64,000 nt of DNA from Candidatus Levyibacteriota bacterium. GTDB lineage: Bacteria; Patescibacteriota; Microgenomatia; Levybacterales; UBA12049. Location of the stretch: the NCBI GenBank assembly GCA_016186625.1, contig JACPLG010000003.1, forward strand, positions 98,576 to 162,575. Reading direction: 5' to 3'. The first letter of the stretch is position 1. Every line of letters begins with the position of its first letter. Below, piece by piece: positions 25,529 through 35,360 of this stretch. A program made the translations under genes and the position numbers. A model generated the notes under the pieces. It was given only the letters and a program-made list of their open reading frames with translations. It did not search any database and was not told where the DNA came from.

Positions 25529-26536
25529 TTATTCCCGGGGTGTATAAAGGAATGAGGCATTTAATTTATCAAAAGATTTATTAGAGGAGTTTTCAAAGTA
25601 AGCTTTGCTGTAACTTTGAGAAGAACTGCAGGAATTTACACATTGATTAATATTACTGCATAGCATCAAAATATCTTGGCTTTCATCATGAATTTCATCT
25701 GCATACACAGGAGTTATTACCATAATAATAACTGCTACTGAAGATAGTAAGGTGAGAAAGAGATGTTTTAAACGAAACTGTCTGCGGTTATAATTTTTAT
25801 TTACCAATGAATAAATTCGAGGCTCAAGAGTCTCATAGTCGGCGATTGCCGCAACCGGAATTGTTTCAACTATAGGATATGACAGAAGTTTTTTGAGTGC
25901 TGAGATAAGCGGTTTCCTATCACCAATTCTAGCAACTGCAAATTTATCAGCTTTTATTTCTCGTTCAATTCTATATTTTCTAATAATATCCGAAAGCAGG
26001 GGGAAAAAGGGGAAAAATGAATGAAGAGCTGAGGCAACAAGCATTATAAAAGTATCATGATTTTTTAAATGATACTCTTCATGAAGAATTACCGCCTTTA
26101 TTTCTTTTTTTGAGAGGCGAGAAAGGAGCGCTTCTGATATATAAATTTTTTGTGCTCTTATGCCAAAACAAAAAGCAAACAGCTTATTTGATTCAATTAT
26201 TACTATTTTTTCCTTCAATCCATAATTTTTTATAAACTCTTTTTTTGAATAATCAATTTTTACTTTGTCAATAAGTTTATTTTTTAAAATTTGTATCCTG
26301 ATTATTAAAATTATAAATTTGATAACATAGATTGCTATTATAAGAAAAAATCCTATAAGAGGAATTATACTTAAGTAGTGGGGGATGTGAATTATAAAGC
26401 TACTTATAAATGACTGACAGTAATATATTGCGTGACCTATTAAAGGGAAGAGTTTTTGAATAATAAACAGTAGTGTTATTCCAAGTATTGCAAACAATCC
26501 TAAAAACAAAGCGAGATTTTTATTTATTCTTATCAT
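25529..26536 (-). CDS. BlaR1/MecR1-like M56 peptidase transmembrane domain protein, no penicillin-binding sensor domain; Cys-rich C-terminal tail
   Basis: 4 TM plus ILHEEYHLKNHD (HExxH of M56); 335 aa versus about 585 for full BlaR1. Confidence 0.7.
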   Translation of the reverse strand: MIRINKNLALFLGLFAILGITLLFIIQKLFPLIGHAIYYCQSFISSFIIHIPHYLSIIPLIGFFLIIAIYVIKFIILIIRIQILKNKLIDKVKIDYSKKEFIKNYGLKEKIVIIESNKLFAFCFGIRAQKIYISEALLSRLSKKEIKAVILHEEYHLKNHDTFIMLVASALHSFFPFFPLLSDIIRKYRIEREIKADKFAVARIGDRKPLISALKKLLSYPIVETIPVAAIADYETLEPRIYSLVNKNYNRRQFRLKHLFLTLLSSVAVIIMVITPVYADEIHDESQDILMLCSNINQCVNSCSSSQSYSKAYFENSSNKSFDKLNASFLYTPRE

Positions 26537-26900
26537 GTTCTTCTAGAATCTTTAAAAAATACTTTTTCTTTTTCTGGGGCAACTTATCTACACTTTCCGC
26601 AAACGAGGCAATTGCGCTGTCTCCAAACGAATTAATAAATCGTTTCAAAAATGTCTGAGCAACATTTTTAGTGTATGATTCTCTGCTTACTTTAGGCGAG
26701 TAAACATATCCCTCTTTCTCTATTTTTTTAATAACTAAACCTTTTTCATTCAAGCGATTAAGAAGCGTGGCTATTGTTGTGTATGCGTATTTTTTATCTT
26801 TATTTATTTTGTTTAGAACATCTCTTGTAGAGCATTTTTTAAATTCCCAAACTATATCCATTACTCTCTGCTCTAAGTTGCTTAAGGATTTTAATTTCAT
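26520..26900 (-). CDS. BlaI/MecI/CopY-family transcriptional repressor
   Basis: LSNLEQRVMDIVWEFKKCSTRDVLNKI...YAYTTIATLLNRLNEKGLV winged-helix penicillinase-repressor pattern; overlaps the M56 gene by 17 nt. Confidence 0.8.
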   Translation of the reverse strand: MKLKSLSNLEQRVMDIVWEFKKCSTRDVLNKINKDKKYAYTTIATLLNRLNEKGLVIKKIEKEGYVYSPKVSRESYTKNVAQTFLKRFINSFGDSAIASFAESVDKLPQKKKKYFLKILEEHDKNK

Positions 26901-26940
26901 ACTACATATTGTAGCAGATATTTAATGGTTCTTTTCTATC

Positions 26941-28389
26941 CTATATGCAACAACTTAACTTTGTAATATCTTGGGTAAATGAAAGCGCAACGAGTTTGAT
27001 TGACTCGGAAAGCGTTGGAAACATAGGTAGGGAATTAGCAACATCATCTATAGTATTTTTGTTTTTGATAAGCATCATCGCCTCTGCTATGAGTTCACCC
27101 GCATTAGGAGCTAAAATATGAACTCCCATAATCTGTTTTGTATCGGGATGAATTGCCATTTTAATAAGTCCTTCTGTTCTATTGAGGATTAAAGCTTTTG
27201 GAACATCTTTAAAAGAGACAGTCTTACACATACAAGTACCAAACTTTTCCATTTGCACTTCTTCGGTAAGTCCTACCCCTGCCAGTTGCGGATCCGTAAA
27301 AATAGTCCAGGGAACTGAGTTATAGTCTATACTGTTCTGCGTATCTTTGAGGGCATTTTCTGCTACCAGTGTTCCTTCTCTGCCTGCTGTTGTTTCTTGT
27401 CTTATAGGTAGATTGGTAACATCACCAACTGCAAAGATATGAGCTTGAGAAGTTTGAAAATGTTCATTTACTCTTACCGCTTGCTTGTCGGTAATTTCTA
27501 CTCCGGCTTTGTCAAGACTTAATCCTTTCGTATTTGGCGTTTTACCAGCTGCGAGTAAAATTTCATCGCCTGATACTTCTTCCACTTTACCATTAATACT
27601 ATAAGAAACAATCTTTTTGTCTCCTTCTTTTCTAGCACTCTTTACTTGGACATTTGTTTTAATGGAAATACCCTCTTCTGTAAGTATTTCTGTTAGTCTT
27701 GTAATTAGTTCTTCTTCTCCTCGGAAAATAGATGGTCCCCGGTGAAGAACTGTTACTTTTGTGCCAAACCGGGCATACATTTGAGCAAACTCAAGTCCTA
27801 CCGGTCCTGCTCCAATGACAATAAGTTCTTTTGGCTGTTGCTTAAGCTTTAAAGCCTCGATATGGGTTATATAACCTGTTTCTTTTATTCCTTCAATTGG
27901 AGGAACAGTCGCAGTTGAACCGGCTGCAATGATGAACTTCTTGGCTTGATATCTTTTTCCACCTTGTCCTGCCTGTCCGCCTCTGGAGGAAGATGTCGAA
28001 GGATCAACTTCTATTTCATTTGGGGAAACAAATACAGCCTGTCCTTCCAAATGAGTAACATTCTCTAAGTTACTGAGAACTTTTTCATATTTTTCAGCTC
28101 GTAATTTCGCCACCAGATCAAGTTCATATTGGACAACTCTTGCAAAATCAAAGTTTTTAATCTCAAGTTCTACTCCGGGAATACCATGGTGCTTTGCCTG
28201 ATGCATGATTTCACCTGCCCAGAGAAGTGTTTTAGATGGCACACAACCTACATTGACACACGTTCCACCAAGGGGCAAACCTTTATTTACCATTAAGGTT
28301 TTAGCTTTCAGTTCGCTTGCTTTAATGGCAGCGGCAAATGCTCCAGCTCCTCCGCCAATAATTATTAAATCAAAATTATTAATACTCAT
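26941..28389 (-). CDS. merA: class I pyridine nucleotide-disulfide oxidoreductase, mercuric reductase-like (core MerA without NmerA)
   Basis: GGTCVNVGCVPSK redox-active disulfide; FAD/NAD Rossmann motifs; C-terminal KLSCCI vicinal Cys pair as in MerA (LSCCAG). Confidence 0.6.
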   Translation of the reverse strand: MSINNFDLIIIGGGAGAFAAAIKASELKAKTLMVNKGLPLGGTCVNVGCVPSKTLLWAGEIMHQAKHHGIPGVELEIKNFDFARVVQYELDLVAKLRAEKYEKVLSNLENVTHLEGQAVFVSPNEIEVDPSTSSSRGGQAGQGGKRYQAKKFIIAAGSTATVPPIEGIKETGYITHIEALKLKQQPKELIVIGAGPVGLEFAQMYARFGTKVTVLHRGPSIFRGEEELITRLTEILTEEGISIKTNVQVKSARKEGDKKIVSYSINGKVEEVSGDEILLAAGKTPNTKGLSLDKAGVEITDKQAVRVNEHFQTSQAHIFAVGDVTNLPIRQETTAGREGTLVAENALKDTQNSIDYNSVPWTIFTDPQLAGVGLTEEVQMEKFGTCMCKTVSFKDVPKALILNRTEGLIKMAIHPDTKQIMGVHILAPNAGELIAEAMMLIKNKNTIDDVANSLPMFPTLSESIKLVALSFTQDITKLSCCI

Positions 28390-28440
28390 ACTTTAACCGC
28401 AATTCGGACACATAATCTTTCACCTCCTAAAAATCATAAA

Positions 28441-28746
28441 CTACGACATGAATTCTTTTAATGTTTTGGTAAACTCATTTTTCTTCATAGAATAATAGAC
28501 TGTCTGAGCTTCTTTTCTCCTTGTAACAAGCTCCAACTCCAAGAGTCTCTTGACGCTATGTGAGACAACAGAAATAGAAGTATCCAGAATTTTTGCCATT
28601 TCGCCAACAGAAATTTCAGGATAATGACAAAGAAGATAACAAATCTTTAAGCGAGTAGTATCTCCCACAACTCCTAATTGCTTGGCACAAGCAATAAGCT
28701 CCTTCTTATTTTTTAATTCCCTCTTGATTTGCAGATAGTCAGACAT
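28441..28746 (-). CDS. ArsR/SmtB-family metalloregulator
   Basis: HTH ICYLLCHYPEISVGEMAKILDTSISVVSHSVKRL; start set at MSDYLQ (ORF-track start 28794 possible). Confidence 0.6.
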   Translation of the reverse strand: MSDYLQIKRELKNKKELIACAKQLGVVGDTTRLKICYLLCHYPEISVGEMAKILDTSISVVSHSVKRLLELELVTRRKEAQTVYYSMKKNEFTKTLKEFMS

Positions 28747-28856
28747 GTATTTGAACGTATATTCAAATATACAAGCTGGGAATAGTAATGTCAAGAGGAT
28801 TAATTAATTCTTTCATACAGTAATTAAGTCTTTTTCAGCGCAAGTTTCATAATATT

Positions 28857-30932
28857 TTATAATTTTGTTCGCCGGAGTAGTAGGGCATTTGCAACTACAA
28901 TGATTGACGATGCAGACATTAAAACCGCGGCCCATTCGGGGCGAAGCAGTATTCCAAATGCGGGAAAAAGTACGCCCGCTGCCGTAGGTATTGCAAAAAC
29001 ATTATATCCTGTTGCCCATGCAAGATTCTGAACCATTTTGAAGTTGGTTTTGCGGGAAAGTGAAATTGCCTTAACAACATCTTGCAGATTATTTTTCATA
29101 AGTACTATTTCTGCTGATTCTACGGCAACGTCAGTTCCTGCCCCTATTGCAATTCCCATGTGTGCCTGAGTAAGACTTGGCGCATCATTCACGCCGTCCC
29201 CAACCATTGCCACAATATAGCCTTTATTCTGGAGTTCTTTGACTTTCTCAACTTTGTTACCAGGTAAAACTTCTGCAAAAACCGTATCAAGATTTAAAGC
29301 AAGACCAACTTCATCTGCCACTTCTTTTTTGTCCCCTGTCAGCATTGCTGTTTTTATGCCCATTTCGTGGAGCTTGTCAATCGCGGGACGGGACTCATCT
29401 CTTATTAAGTCGGACAATACGAAAGCGCCTGATAACTTTTTATCAATAGCAATATAAACTATTGTTCCTGCTTTTTTTGTCTTAAGTCTATTAATATCTT
29501 CTTTCTTAATACCTATCTCTTCCATCATGCGGCCGTTTCCCACAATAATTTCTTTATTATCAACCGTGCCCAAAGCGCCTTTGCCCGGATAAGATTTAAA
29601 ATTTTTAGGAGAAGGGGTCATAATTTTATGCTTTTTTGCTTCATTTACTATACCCATTGCTATTGAATGCTGGGAGGAGGATTCAACAGCTGCAGCAAGC
29701 CTTAATAGCTCCTCTTCCTCAACTACTGAATCTGATACGCGAACTGACTCTGCTATACCAAACTCTCCACGGGTAAGTGTCCCTGTTTTATCAAAAACTA
29801 CATAATTTATTTTCCGCGCTATCTCCAACCCTTTCATATCTTTTATTAAAATGCCGTTTTTAGCACCAAGTGTTGAGGTAATTGTTGTAACAGTTGGAAT
29901 AGCAAGGCCCAGCGCATGCGGGCAAGCAACAACCACAACCGCAACAGCAAGGGTTGATGCAAAGACTGCGCCTTGAGGATTAATAATTAGCCAATATATA
30001 AATGTTCCTGTTCCAATGGTTATTGCGGTTATTGTCAAAACGTTTGCGGCGCGGTCTGCAAGCTCCTGAACCTTTGGTTTTGATTCCTGTGCGTGTCTTA
30101 TCAAATCCATAATTTGGGAAATTGCCGTATCACTCCCTGTCTTTGTAACCTGAATCGTAAGCGACCCGTCCTGATTAATGGTTCCGCCTATAACTTTGTC
30201 TCCTTTTAATTTTCCTACGGGGCGGGATTCGCCTGTCACCATTGATTCATTAACAGAGCTTTCTCCATCCAAAACCTGTCCGTCAATTGGAATTTTTTCG
30301 CCCGGCTTGACAAGGAGTTTGTCACCTGATTTTACTTCATCGGTTTTAACATCAATAACCTTACCCTCTTTTAAAAGATGGGCTTGGGGCGGGATAAGTT
30401 TTGCAAGTTCTGAGAGCGCACCAGTTGTTCCACGAACCGCCCTCATCTCAAGCCAATGTCCAAGCAAAAATACTGAAATAAGAGTTGAAATTTCCCAAAA
30501 CAAAGACTCTCCGGGAAAAAGGAATGTAGCGGCAACTGAAAATGTATACCCAACAGTTATTGCCAGGGCAACAAGCGTCATCATTCCCGCATTCTTTGCA
30601 AAGAGTTCTCCCTTTGCGCCCCTAAAAAAAGGAACTCCCCCATAGAAAAATATAAATGTGCCAATGAAAAAAAGTGCAATTTCCCGGCCGGCAAAATCAA
30701 TACTTAATGAAAGCCAATTTTGAATATTTGGGGACAGAATCATTGCAAGAATAACAAAAGGAAGAGTTATGAAAAAACGCTTTTTGAATTCCTGCTCCAT
30801 TGAGGAATGATCTTCATGCTCAGACGCAGCAAGCGGGACAAGCTTCATTCCGCATTTTGGACAATTACCCGGTTTGTCCAGAATTATATCCGGATCCATA
30901 GGACAGGTATAAATTTTGTTATTCATATCCAT
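28857..30932 (-). CDS. heavy-metal translocating P1B-type ATPase (CPH-type, CopB-like) with N-terminal zinc-ribbon/YHS-like motif
   Basis: CPMDPD...CPKCGMKL; TGES; intramembrane CPH; DKTGTLT; GDGVNDAP. Confidence 0.9.
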   Translation of the reverse strand: MDMNNKIYTCPMDPDIILDKPGNCPKCGMKLVPLAASEHEDHSSMEQEFKKRFFITLPFVILAMILSPNIQNWLSLSIDFAGREIALFFIGTFIFFYGGVPFFRGAKGELFAKNAGMMTLVALAITVGYTFSVAATFLFPGESLFWEISTLISVFLLGHWLEMRAVRGTTGALSELAKLIPPQAHLLKEGKVIDVKTDEVKSGDKLLVKPGEKIPIDGQVLDGESSVNESMVTGESRPVGKLKGDKVIGGTINQDGSLTIQVTKTGSDTAISQIMDLIRHAQESKPKVQELADRAANVLTITAITIGTGTFIYWLIINPQGAVFASTLAVAVVVVACPHALGLAIPTVTTITSTLGAKNGILIKDMKGLEIARKINYVVFDKTGTLTRGEFGIAESVRVSDSVVEEEELLRLAAAVESSSQHSIAMGIVNEAKKHKIMTPSPKNFKSYPGKGALGTVDNKEIIVGNGRMMEEIGIKKEDINRLKTKKAGTIVYIAIDKKLSGAFVLSDLIRDESRPAIDKLHEMGIKTAMLTGDKKEVADEVGLALNLDTVFAEVLPGNKVEKVKELQNKGYIVAMVGDGVNDAPSLTQAHMGIAIGAGTDVAVESAEIVLMKNNLQDVVKAISLSRKTNFKMVQNLAWATGYNVFAIPTAAGVLFPAFGILLRPEWAAVLMSASSIIVVANALLLRRTKL

Positions 30933-30937
30933 TGTTG

Positions 30938-31237
30938 TTATTTTTTTGCCAGCCTGTTATATAATTCTACAAATGCGTATGACGTTACCCATGTTACTGC
31001 GGAAATTGTTACCAGCCCGTAAACAAGAGTTCCTAACGAAAGCTGAGTTTTTATTTTAATTGCTTCCAGGTTTAGCGAATGAACCCATGAATTTCCAATA
31101 CCAGCTACTAAGTCCGGAGCAACATAAGACAAGAGTGCGCAAGCTATAAAAAATATTGCTATAACTATTGTCGCAGCATTTGCAAAAGCGATAGATTTAA
31201 GCATAATTTTCACCTCCTTTACCCGCCGCTCAAGCAC
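30938..31237 (-). CDS. small membrane protein (3 TM)
   Basis: 99-aa hydrophobic ORF immediately upstream (in operon) of the ATPase. Confidence 0.4.
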   Translation of the reverse strand: MLERRVKEVKIMLKSIAFANAATIVIAIFFIACALLSYVAPDLVAGIGNSWVHSLNLEAIKIKTQLSLGTLVYGLVTISAVTWVTSYAFVELYNRLAKK

Positions 31238-31304
31238 TCTTTAAGGCGTGTATGGATAATACTGAAAAGCCTTAAAGTAAGCTTAGGCGGGCCTTTTAAA
31301 AAAC

Positions 31305-31733
31305 TTAGTATCCCCAACTCTTCTGCCACTCCGTCATCATGTTAATTTCACTCGTCTGGGCTTTTATGATGTCATCGGCAAGATTTTTTATTTCATCATG
31401 GCTTGCATTTTGTTGAGCCAACTTTGCCATCTCAATTGCTCCCCGATGATGAGGAATCATTTGCTCTATAAATGCTTTGTCAAAATCATCCCCTGTTTTT
31501 CCTTCTAATGCATTAACCATGCCACTCATGGACATTTCGTCTTCTCCCATCATCTGATCATGCATTTGACTCATTCCTTGAGAAAATAAATCCTGGTTAT
31601 TAACCATCTGGCGCATCCCCATCATTCCCATCATTCCCATATTATTAGAATTAACTGCGTTATTTGCAAAAATAACAGTAATAACTATTCCCGCAAGAAA
31701 TCCAATTATTGCGTATAAATATTCTGTTTTCAT
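31305..31733 (-). CDS. DUF305-family protein with Met-rich (MGMMGMMGM) segment
   Basis: PHHRGAIEMAKL DUF305 motif; N-terminal TM; Met-rich copper-binding-like stretch. Confidence 0.65.
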   Translation of the reverse strand: MKTEYLYAIIGFLAGIVITVIFANNAVNSNNMGMMGMMGMRQMVNNQDLFSQGMSQMHDQMMGEDEMSMSGMVNALEGKTGDDFDKAFIEQMIPHHRGAIEMAKLAQQNASHDEIKNLADDIIKAQTSEINMMTEWQKSWGY

Positions 31734-31737
31734 TTTT

Positions 31738-32580
31738 TCACCTCCTTTTGATTTTTTTAAAAATATAATAAATTAGTCCAAAAATTAAAATCAAAAATAA
31801 GATATTTAAGAGAAAATTATTGCCCAGATAATCATTAACTAGTATTCCCGCGTCCTGAATTACTTTTGCAAATCTCTCACTTTTTGCCATCGAAAGCTGA
31901 CCGCGAAGTGTTAGAACAAAAATAAAAATCCCGGCAGTTATAAAAATAGTGAAAGAAATAAAATTACTTACACTTACAAAATATTCCCTTCCAAATATTT
32001 TTAGAACAGTTAATTTGCTTTTTAGAATTTTAAGTTTGTCTATTTTGTCCGATAGGAAAAGAGAGATTAGAAGAAGAGGAACTATCATTCCCAAAACATA
32101 AACACCGCCTATAAGAAGTGATCCAATGAAGGTTGGTGACAAAAATGCCAGTGCTAATATACCGATTAGAACAGGTGCACAGCATGCGCTTGTTATTCCA
32201 GAGAAAATTCCAAGCGTAAATATAGACAAAACATCTACTTTTCCCTCATTCCTTGTAGGAAGATGAATCATAATAGGCGATTTAAGGCCAAGAAGTGAAG
32301 CAACTGCTACCAAAATCATAACAATTCCGCCAAGTATATATATAGTATCGTGATTTCTGTATAGAAATTGAGATATGAGCGCAACTCCTAAAACTGCGGG
32401 CATGAGTACTACAAAAATTCCTGCGCCAAAAACCAGAGTCATAGAGAGAACTTTTTCTTTCTCTTTAAATACGCTTCCTAAATAGGCAGGAAGTAGGAAT
32501 GTTATGCAACAAGGAGCAAAAAGCGCAATCATTCCTGCTACAAATGCCGCAATAAGTGAGATTTGAAAAATTCCATCCAT
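31738..32580 (-). CDS. CcdA/DsbD-fold transmembrane protein with vicinal Cys-Cys pairs in two TM helices
   Basis: FAPCCITFLLPAYLG and SACCAPVLIGIL occupy the positions of the CcdA TM1/TM4 cysteines; 280 aa, multi-TM. Confidence 0.6.
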   Translation of the reverse strand: MDGIFQISLIAAFVAGMIALFAPCCITFLLPAYLGSVFKEKEKVLSMTLVFGAGIFVVLMPAVLGVALISQFLYRNHDTIYILGGIVMILVAVASLLGLKSPIMIHLPTRNEGKVDVLSIFTLGIFSGITSACCAPVLIGILALAFLSPTFIGSLLIGGVYVLGMIVPLLLISLFLSDKIDKLKILKSKLTVLKIFGREYFVSVSNFISFTIFITAGIFIFVLTLRGQLSMAKSERFAKVIQDAGILVNDYLGNNFLLNILFLILIFGLIYYIFKKIKRR

Positions 32581-32582
32581 AT

Positions 32583-33518
32583 TTATGCCGAGCAGCTCCC
32601 TCCTTCTCCATCAAGACTTGGCCAGGGGATTTGTCCTACTCTTTCTCTAACCACGCCATATCCGTCTGAGCTTGAGAAAGTTTTGGATAAAAGCTCTTTA
32701 GGAGAAACTTTTGCAAACTCTCTTCCGTTTTCTTCAAAAAAGTAAGCAATATCTAAATATGTATCTGGAAACCAATATGTATTGAGTGCTAAAGCAGCTT
32801 TATAAATCTCTTCTTGTGATTTTCCTTGAGAAACCATCAACTCAATTAGCCCAAGCATTGCCATTCCGTGATTGCAATCGGGAAATGCTGTTGAGTTCCC
32901 ACAACATGGCCTGTAAATACTGCCTGCTATCTCCGAAACTGCTTTTTGCTGATCTTTAGAAAGTGTAATATAAGAATGTCCGGAATAATGATCCATTGGA
33001 TCTCCTACCCCCAAACTCCATCCGCCAGTTGATGCAAAAATTGAAGGATCACTCTCCACCATCATCTCTCCTTCTTCCAAGATCCGATTTCTATTGGCAA
33101 GTCCCAGTCCCCACAGTATATCTACCCAAAATTGCGAATTTTCCAAATTTACTTCTATTTGATCTTGTCCTTCTTCAAAATATTTATCCAAATCTTTTGG
33201 AAGCTCATCTCCCCCTGTTACTGCCTGAGCTAACTTCACCTTATCAATAACTCCATCCTCAACCATTCTTCTTCCAAGATCTGCCCATTTAATATTCAAT
33301 ACATAACTGTCTTTAATTACTTTGTTTTGTAGGGCAGAGAGTTTTTCCTCATCAATATTTTGTGATACATCAAAATCCGAAGAGTTGGAATTTTTTGAGG
33401 TTGTTTTTTCAAAAAGAACGCCAAGAAGAAACGTTGTAATAGAAAAAAGAATAATTAAAAGAATTTTCAAAAGAATATCCAAGACATTCTTCTTAAATTT
33501 TCTAATTTTTACTTTCAC
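32583..33518 (-). CDS. membrane-anchored hypothetical protein with PCC/C motif
   Basis: 311 aa; N-terminal TM; RPCCGNSTAFPDCNHG motif. Confidence 0.5.
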   Translation of the reverse strand: MKVKIRKFKKNVLDILLKILLIILFSITTFLLGVLFEKTTSKNSNSSDFDVSQNIDEEKLSALQNKVIKDSYVLNIKWADLGRRMVEDGVIDKVKLAQAVTGGDELPKDLDKYFEEGQDQIEVNLENSQFWVDILWGLGLANRNRILEEGEMMVESDPSIFASTGGWSLGVGDPMDHYSGHSYITLSKDQQKAVSEIAGSIYRPCCGNSTAFPDCNHGMAMLGLIELMVSQGKSQEEIYKAALALNTYWFPDTYLDIAYFFEENGREFAKVSPKELLSKTFSSSDGYGVVRERVGQIPWPSLDGEGGSCSA

Positions 33519-34024
33519 TTAACAACATTCCCTTCAAAAGAAAATTCAACGTAGGGATTGTCCGGATCATTTGTTTCAAAACTGACAAACCTTGAAATTT
33601 TACCTACTCCCTGTGGTCCATGATAAGCAGGATCAAACGCAGCAACTACTTCTCCCTCTTCTCCCGGCCGGAGTATTCCTTTCCAATCTGATGGAGCAGA
33701 CATTCCTTTCATTCCAAAACTTGGTCCGTCTTTTCCATTTTGCCTTAGAAAAACTTTTGTACACATACAAGAAGTTGTCATATTTGCTATCTCTAAATCT
33801 TTAGTTCCATTATTTCTAATAGGAAAACTGTGATATAGAATTCCGTCCGAAAAGCCTATATCGCCTACTGTTTTAGCGGCATGATCAATTAAAACCTCTG
33901 CTCCAGATATTGAGGAAAGCATCGCTTTTGTTTCTGTTTTGGATTTTGATGAAATAAAAATAGCTCCAATAATAATTGTGCCTACAACTAGACCTAGCAT
34001 GACAAAAAGTTTTAAATTATTCAC
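33515..34024 (-). CDS. DUF1573-domain protein, membrane-anchored
   Basis: FPIRNNGTKDLEIANMTTSCMCT matches the DUF1573 signature (N.G...L.I..v..sCgCT). Confidence 0.6.
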   Translation of the reverse strand: MNNLKLFVMLGLVVGTIIIGAIFISSKSKTETKAMLSSISGAEVLIDHAAKTVGDIGFSDGILYHSFPIRNNGTKDLEIANMTTSCMCTKVFLRQNGKDGPSFGMKGMSAPSDWKGILRPGEEGEVVAAFDPAYHGPQGVGKISRFVSFETNDPDNPYVEFSFEGNVVK

Positions 34025-34032
34025 TATTAATT

Positions 34033-34560
34033 TTATAAATATTTATTCGGACTCTTCTTAAATGTTTCAAAACATCCTGATGCACAGAAATAATATGAAA
34101 GGCCGTTTAAATCCAAGGCATATGATGCTGTTTTTGGACTAAGTCTCATTTTGCACACGGGATCATTAGTTAGAGGAACTAGATCTGTCATTTTTTTGGT
34201 AAGATTTTCCATTAAAGGATCGTTTTTACTTTTATGCTGCTCTACTAGAATCTCCCTCATTAAATCACTTGCTTTTATAAAATTTTTATGGGCAATTTTG
34301 TAGTAAATTTGCTTACCGTTTCTTTTTGTTGTTACAACATTTGCCTCTCGCAGAACTTGAAGGTGCTGGCTTAAATTTCCCTGTGGCAGGCTTAACATTT
34401 CCTGAATTTCACCAACAGTTAATTCCTGACTTCGAAGAAGCTGAAGAATTTCCAAGCGTTTTGGGTTGGACAGTGCTTTAAGCAGTTTTGCATGTAGACT
34501 AAACACTTCTGAATACATATTCGATATTTCGAATATATCATGGCGACAGACCACTGTCAA
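34033..34560 (-). CDS. ArsR-family regulator fused to C-terminal TRASH/YHS metal-binding domain
   Basis: ArsR HTH LSNPKRLEILQLLRSQELTVGEIQEML...HLQVLREANVV; C-terminal DPVCKMRL...YYFCASGCFETF (C-x19-C-x3-C). Confidence 0.75.
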   Translation of the reverse strand: MTVVCRHDIFEISNMYSEVFSLHAKLLKALSNPKRLEILQLLRSQELTVGEIQEMLSLPQGNLSQHLQVLREANVVTTKRNGKQIYYKIAHKNFIKASDLMREILVEQHKSKNDPLMENLTKKMTDLVPLTNDPVCKMRLSPKTASYALDLNGLSYYFCASGCFETFKKSPNKYL

Positions 34561-34591
34561 TATCTAAAATGGTATAATTTATTACGACCCT

Positions 34592-35125
34592 GTGAGATTT
34601 AATCCAAGAATATTAATTATAGTAATTATTGCAATTTCACTTATATTTATCGGTATATTTTATTTATTCAATTCCAAACAGAGTAACCAATCACAGACCT
34701 CATCCACTACTCAAAATTCGTCTGAGATAACATCAGAAAAATTTGATTATAAGGCTTCCTTTGCAATTTATACTAATGGCACTTTCAGAATCTTCGAAGA
34801 TCCAAAATATCACAATCTCTCAGAAGATGTTTATATTGGTTCCAGTAATCCGAACATTGTAAATATTAAAAAGGCAAATATAACATGGGATAATTTTTTC
34901 AAAACTCTTCCTATGAGTTTAAGAAAGGATTGTTTAACTACCGGAACAATCCAAACTTTTTGTACAAATGGAGAGTTTGTTTTGCAATTTTATATAAATG
35001 GTACTCGAAACCAATCTGCGCTTGATCAAGTGATAAATCTTGGAGATAAACTGCTTGTAACTTTTGAGCGAGAAAATTCACCAGTAATCCAGAGTCAGAT
35101 TTCTTCAATTCCGGACTCTAACTGA
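34592..35125 (+). CDS. membrane-anchored hypothetical protein
   Basis: 177 aa; N-terminal TM; followed by hairpin ACCTGCCTTTAGAGGCAGGT. Confidence 0.5.
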   Translation: MRFNPRILIIVIIAISLIFIGIFYLFNSKQSNQSQTSSTTQNSSEITSEKFDYKASFAIYTNGTFRIFEDPKYHNLSEDVYIGSSNPNIVNIKKANITWDNFFKTLPMSLRKDCLTTGTIQTFCTNGEFVLQFYINGTRNQSALDQVINLGDKLLVTFERENSPVIQSQISSIPDSN

Positions 35126-35360
35126 AAATTCTTTATGATACCAAATATGCTAATATTAACCTGCCTTTAGAGGCAGGTGATAACAAATGAGTAGAAATAT
35201 TTTAATTGCAATTGGAGTTGTTTTCTTGCGAGTCAACAAAACAACAAATCCGCTGATTCACTAGTGCAAAAAGAAGAAAAAACATCGTGGATAAGTCCGG
35301 AAACGAGATTACTAGATGGAATGGCACAGATTTTGAAGAAGTAATTGCTAATATTAAATA

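Noticed and set aside
30178-30645. 155-aa plus-strand ORF and other antisense ORFs inside the P-type ATPase gene (29239-29457, 30807-31022)
   Set aside because: They are antisense to a high-confidence ATPase gene with all P-type motifs.
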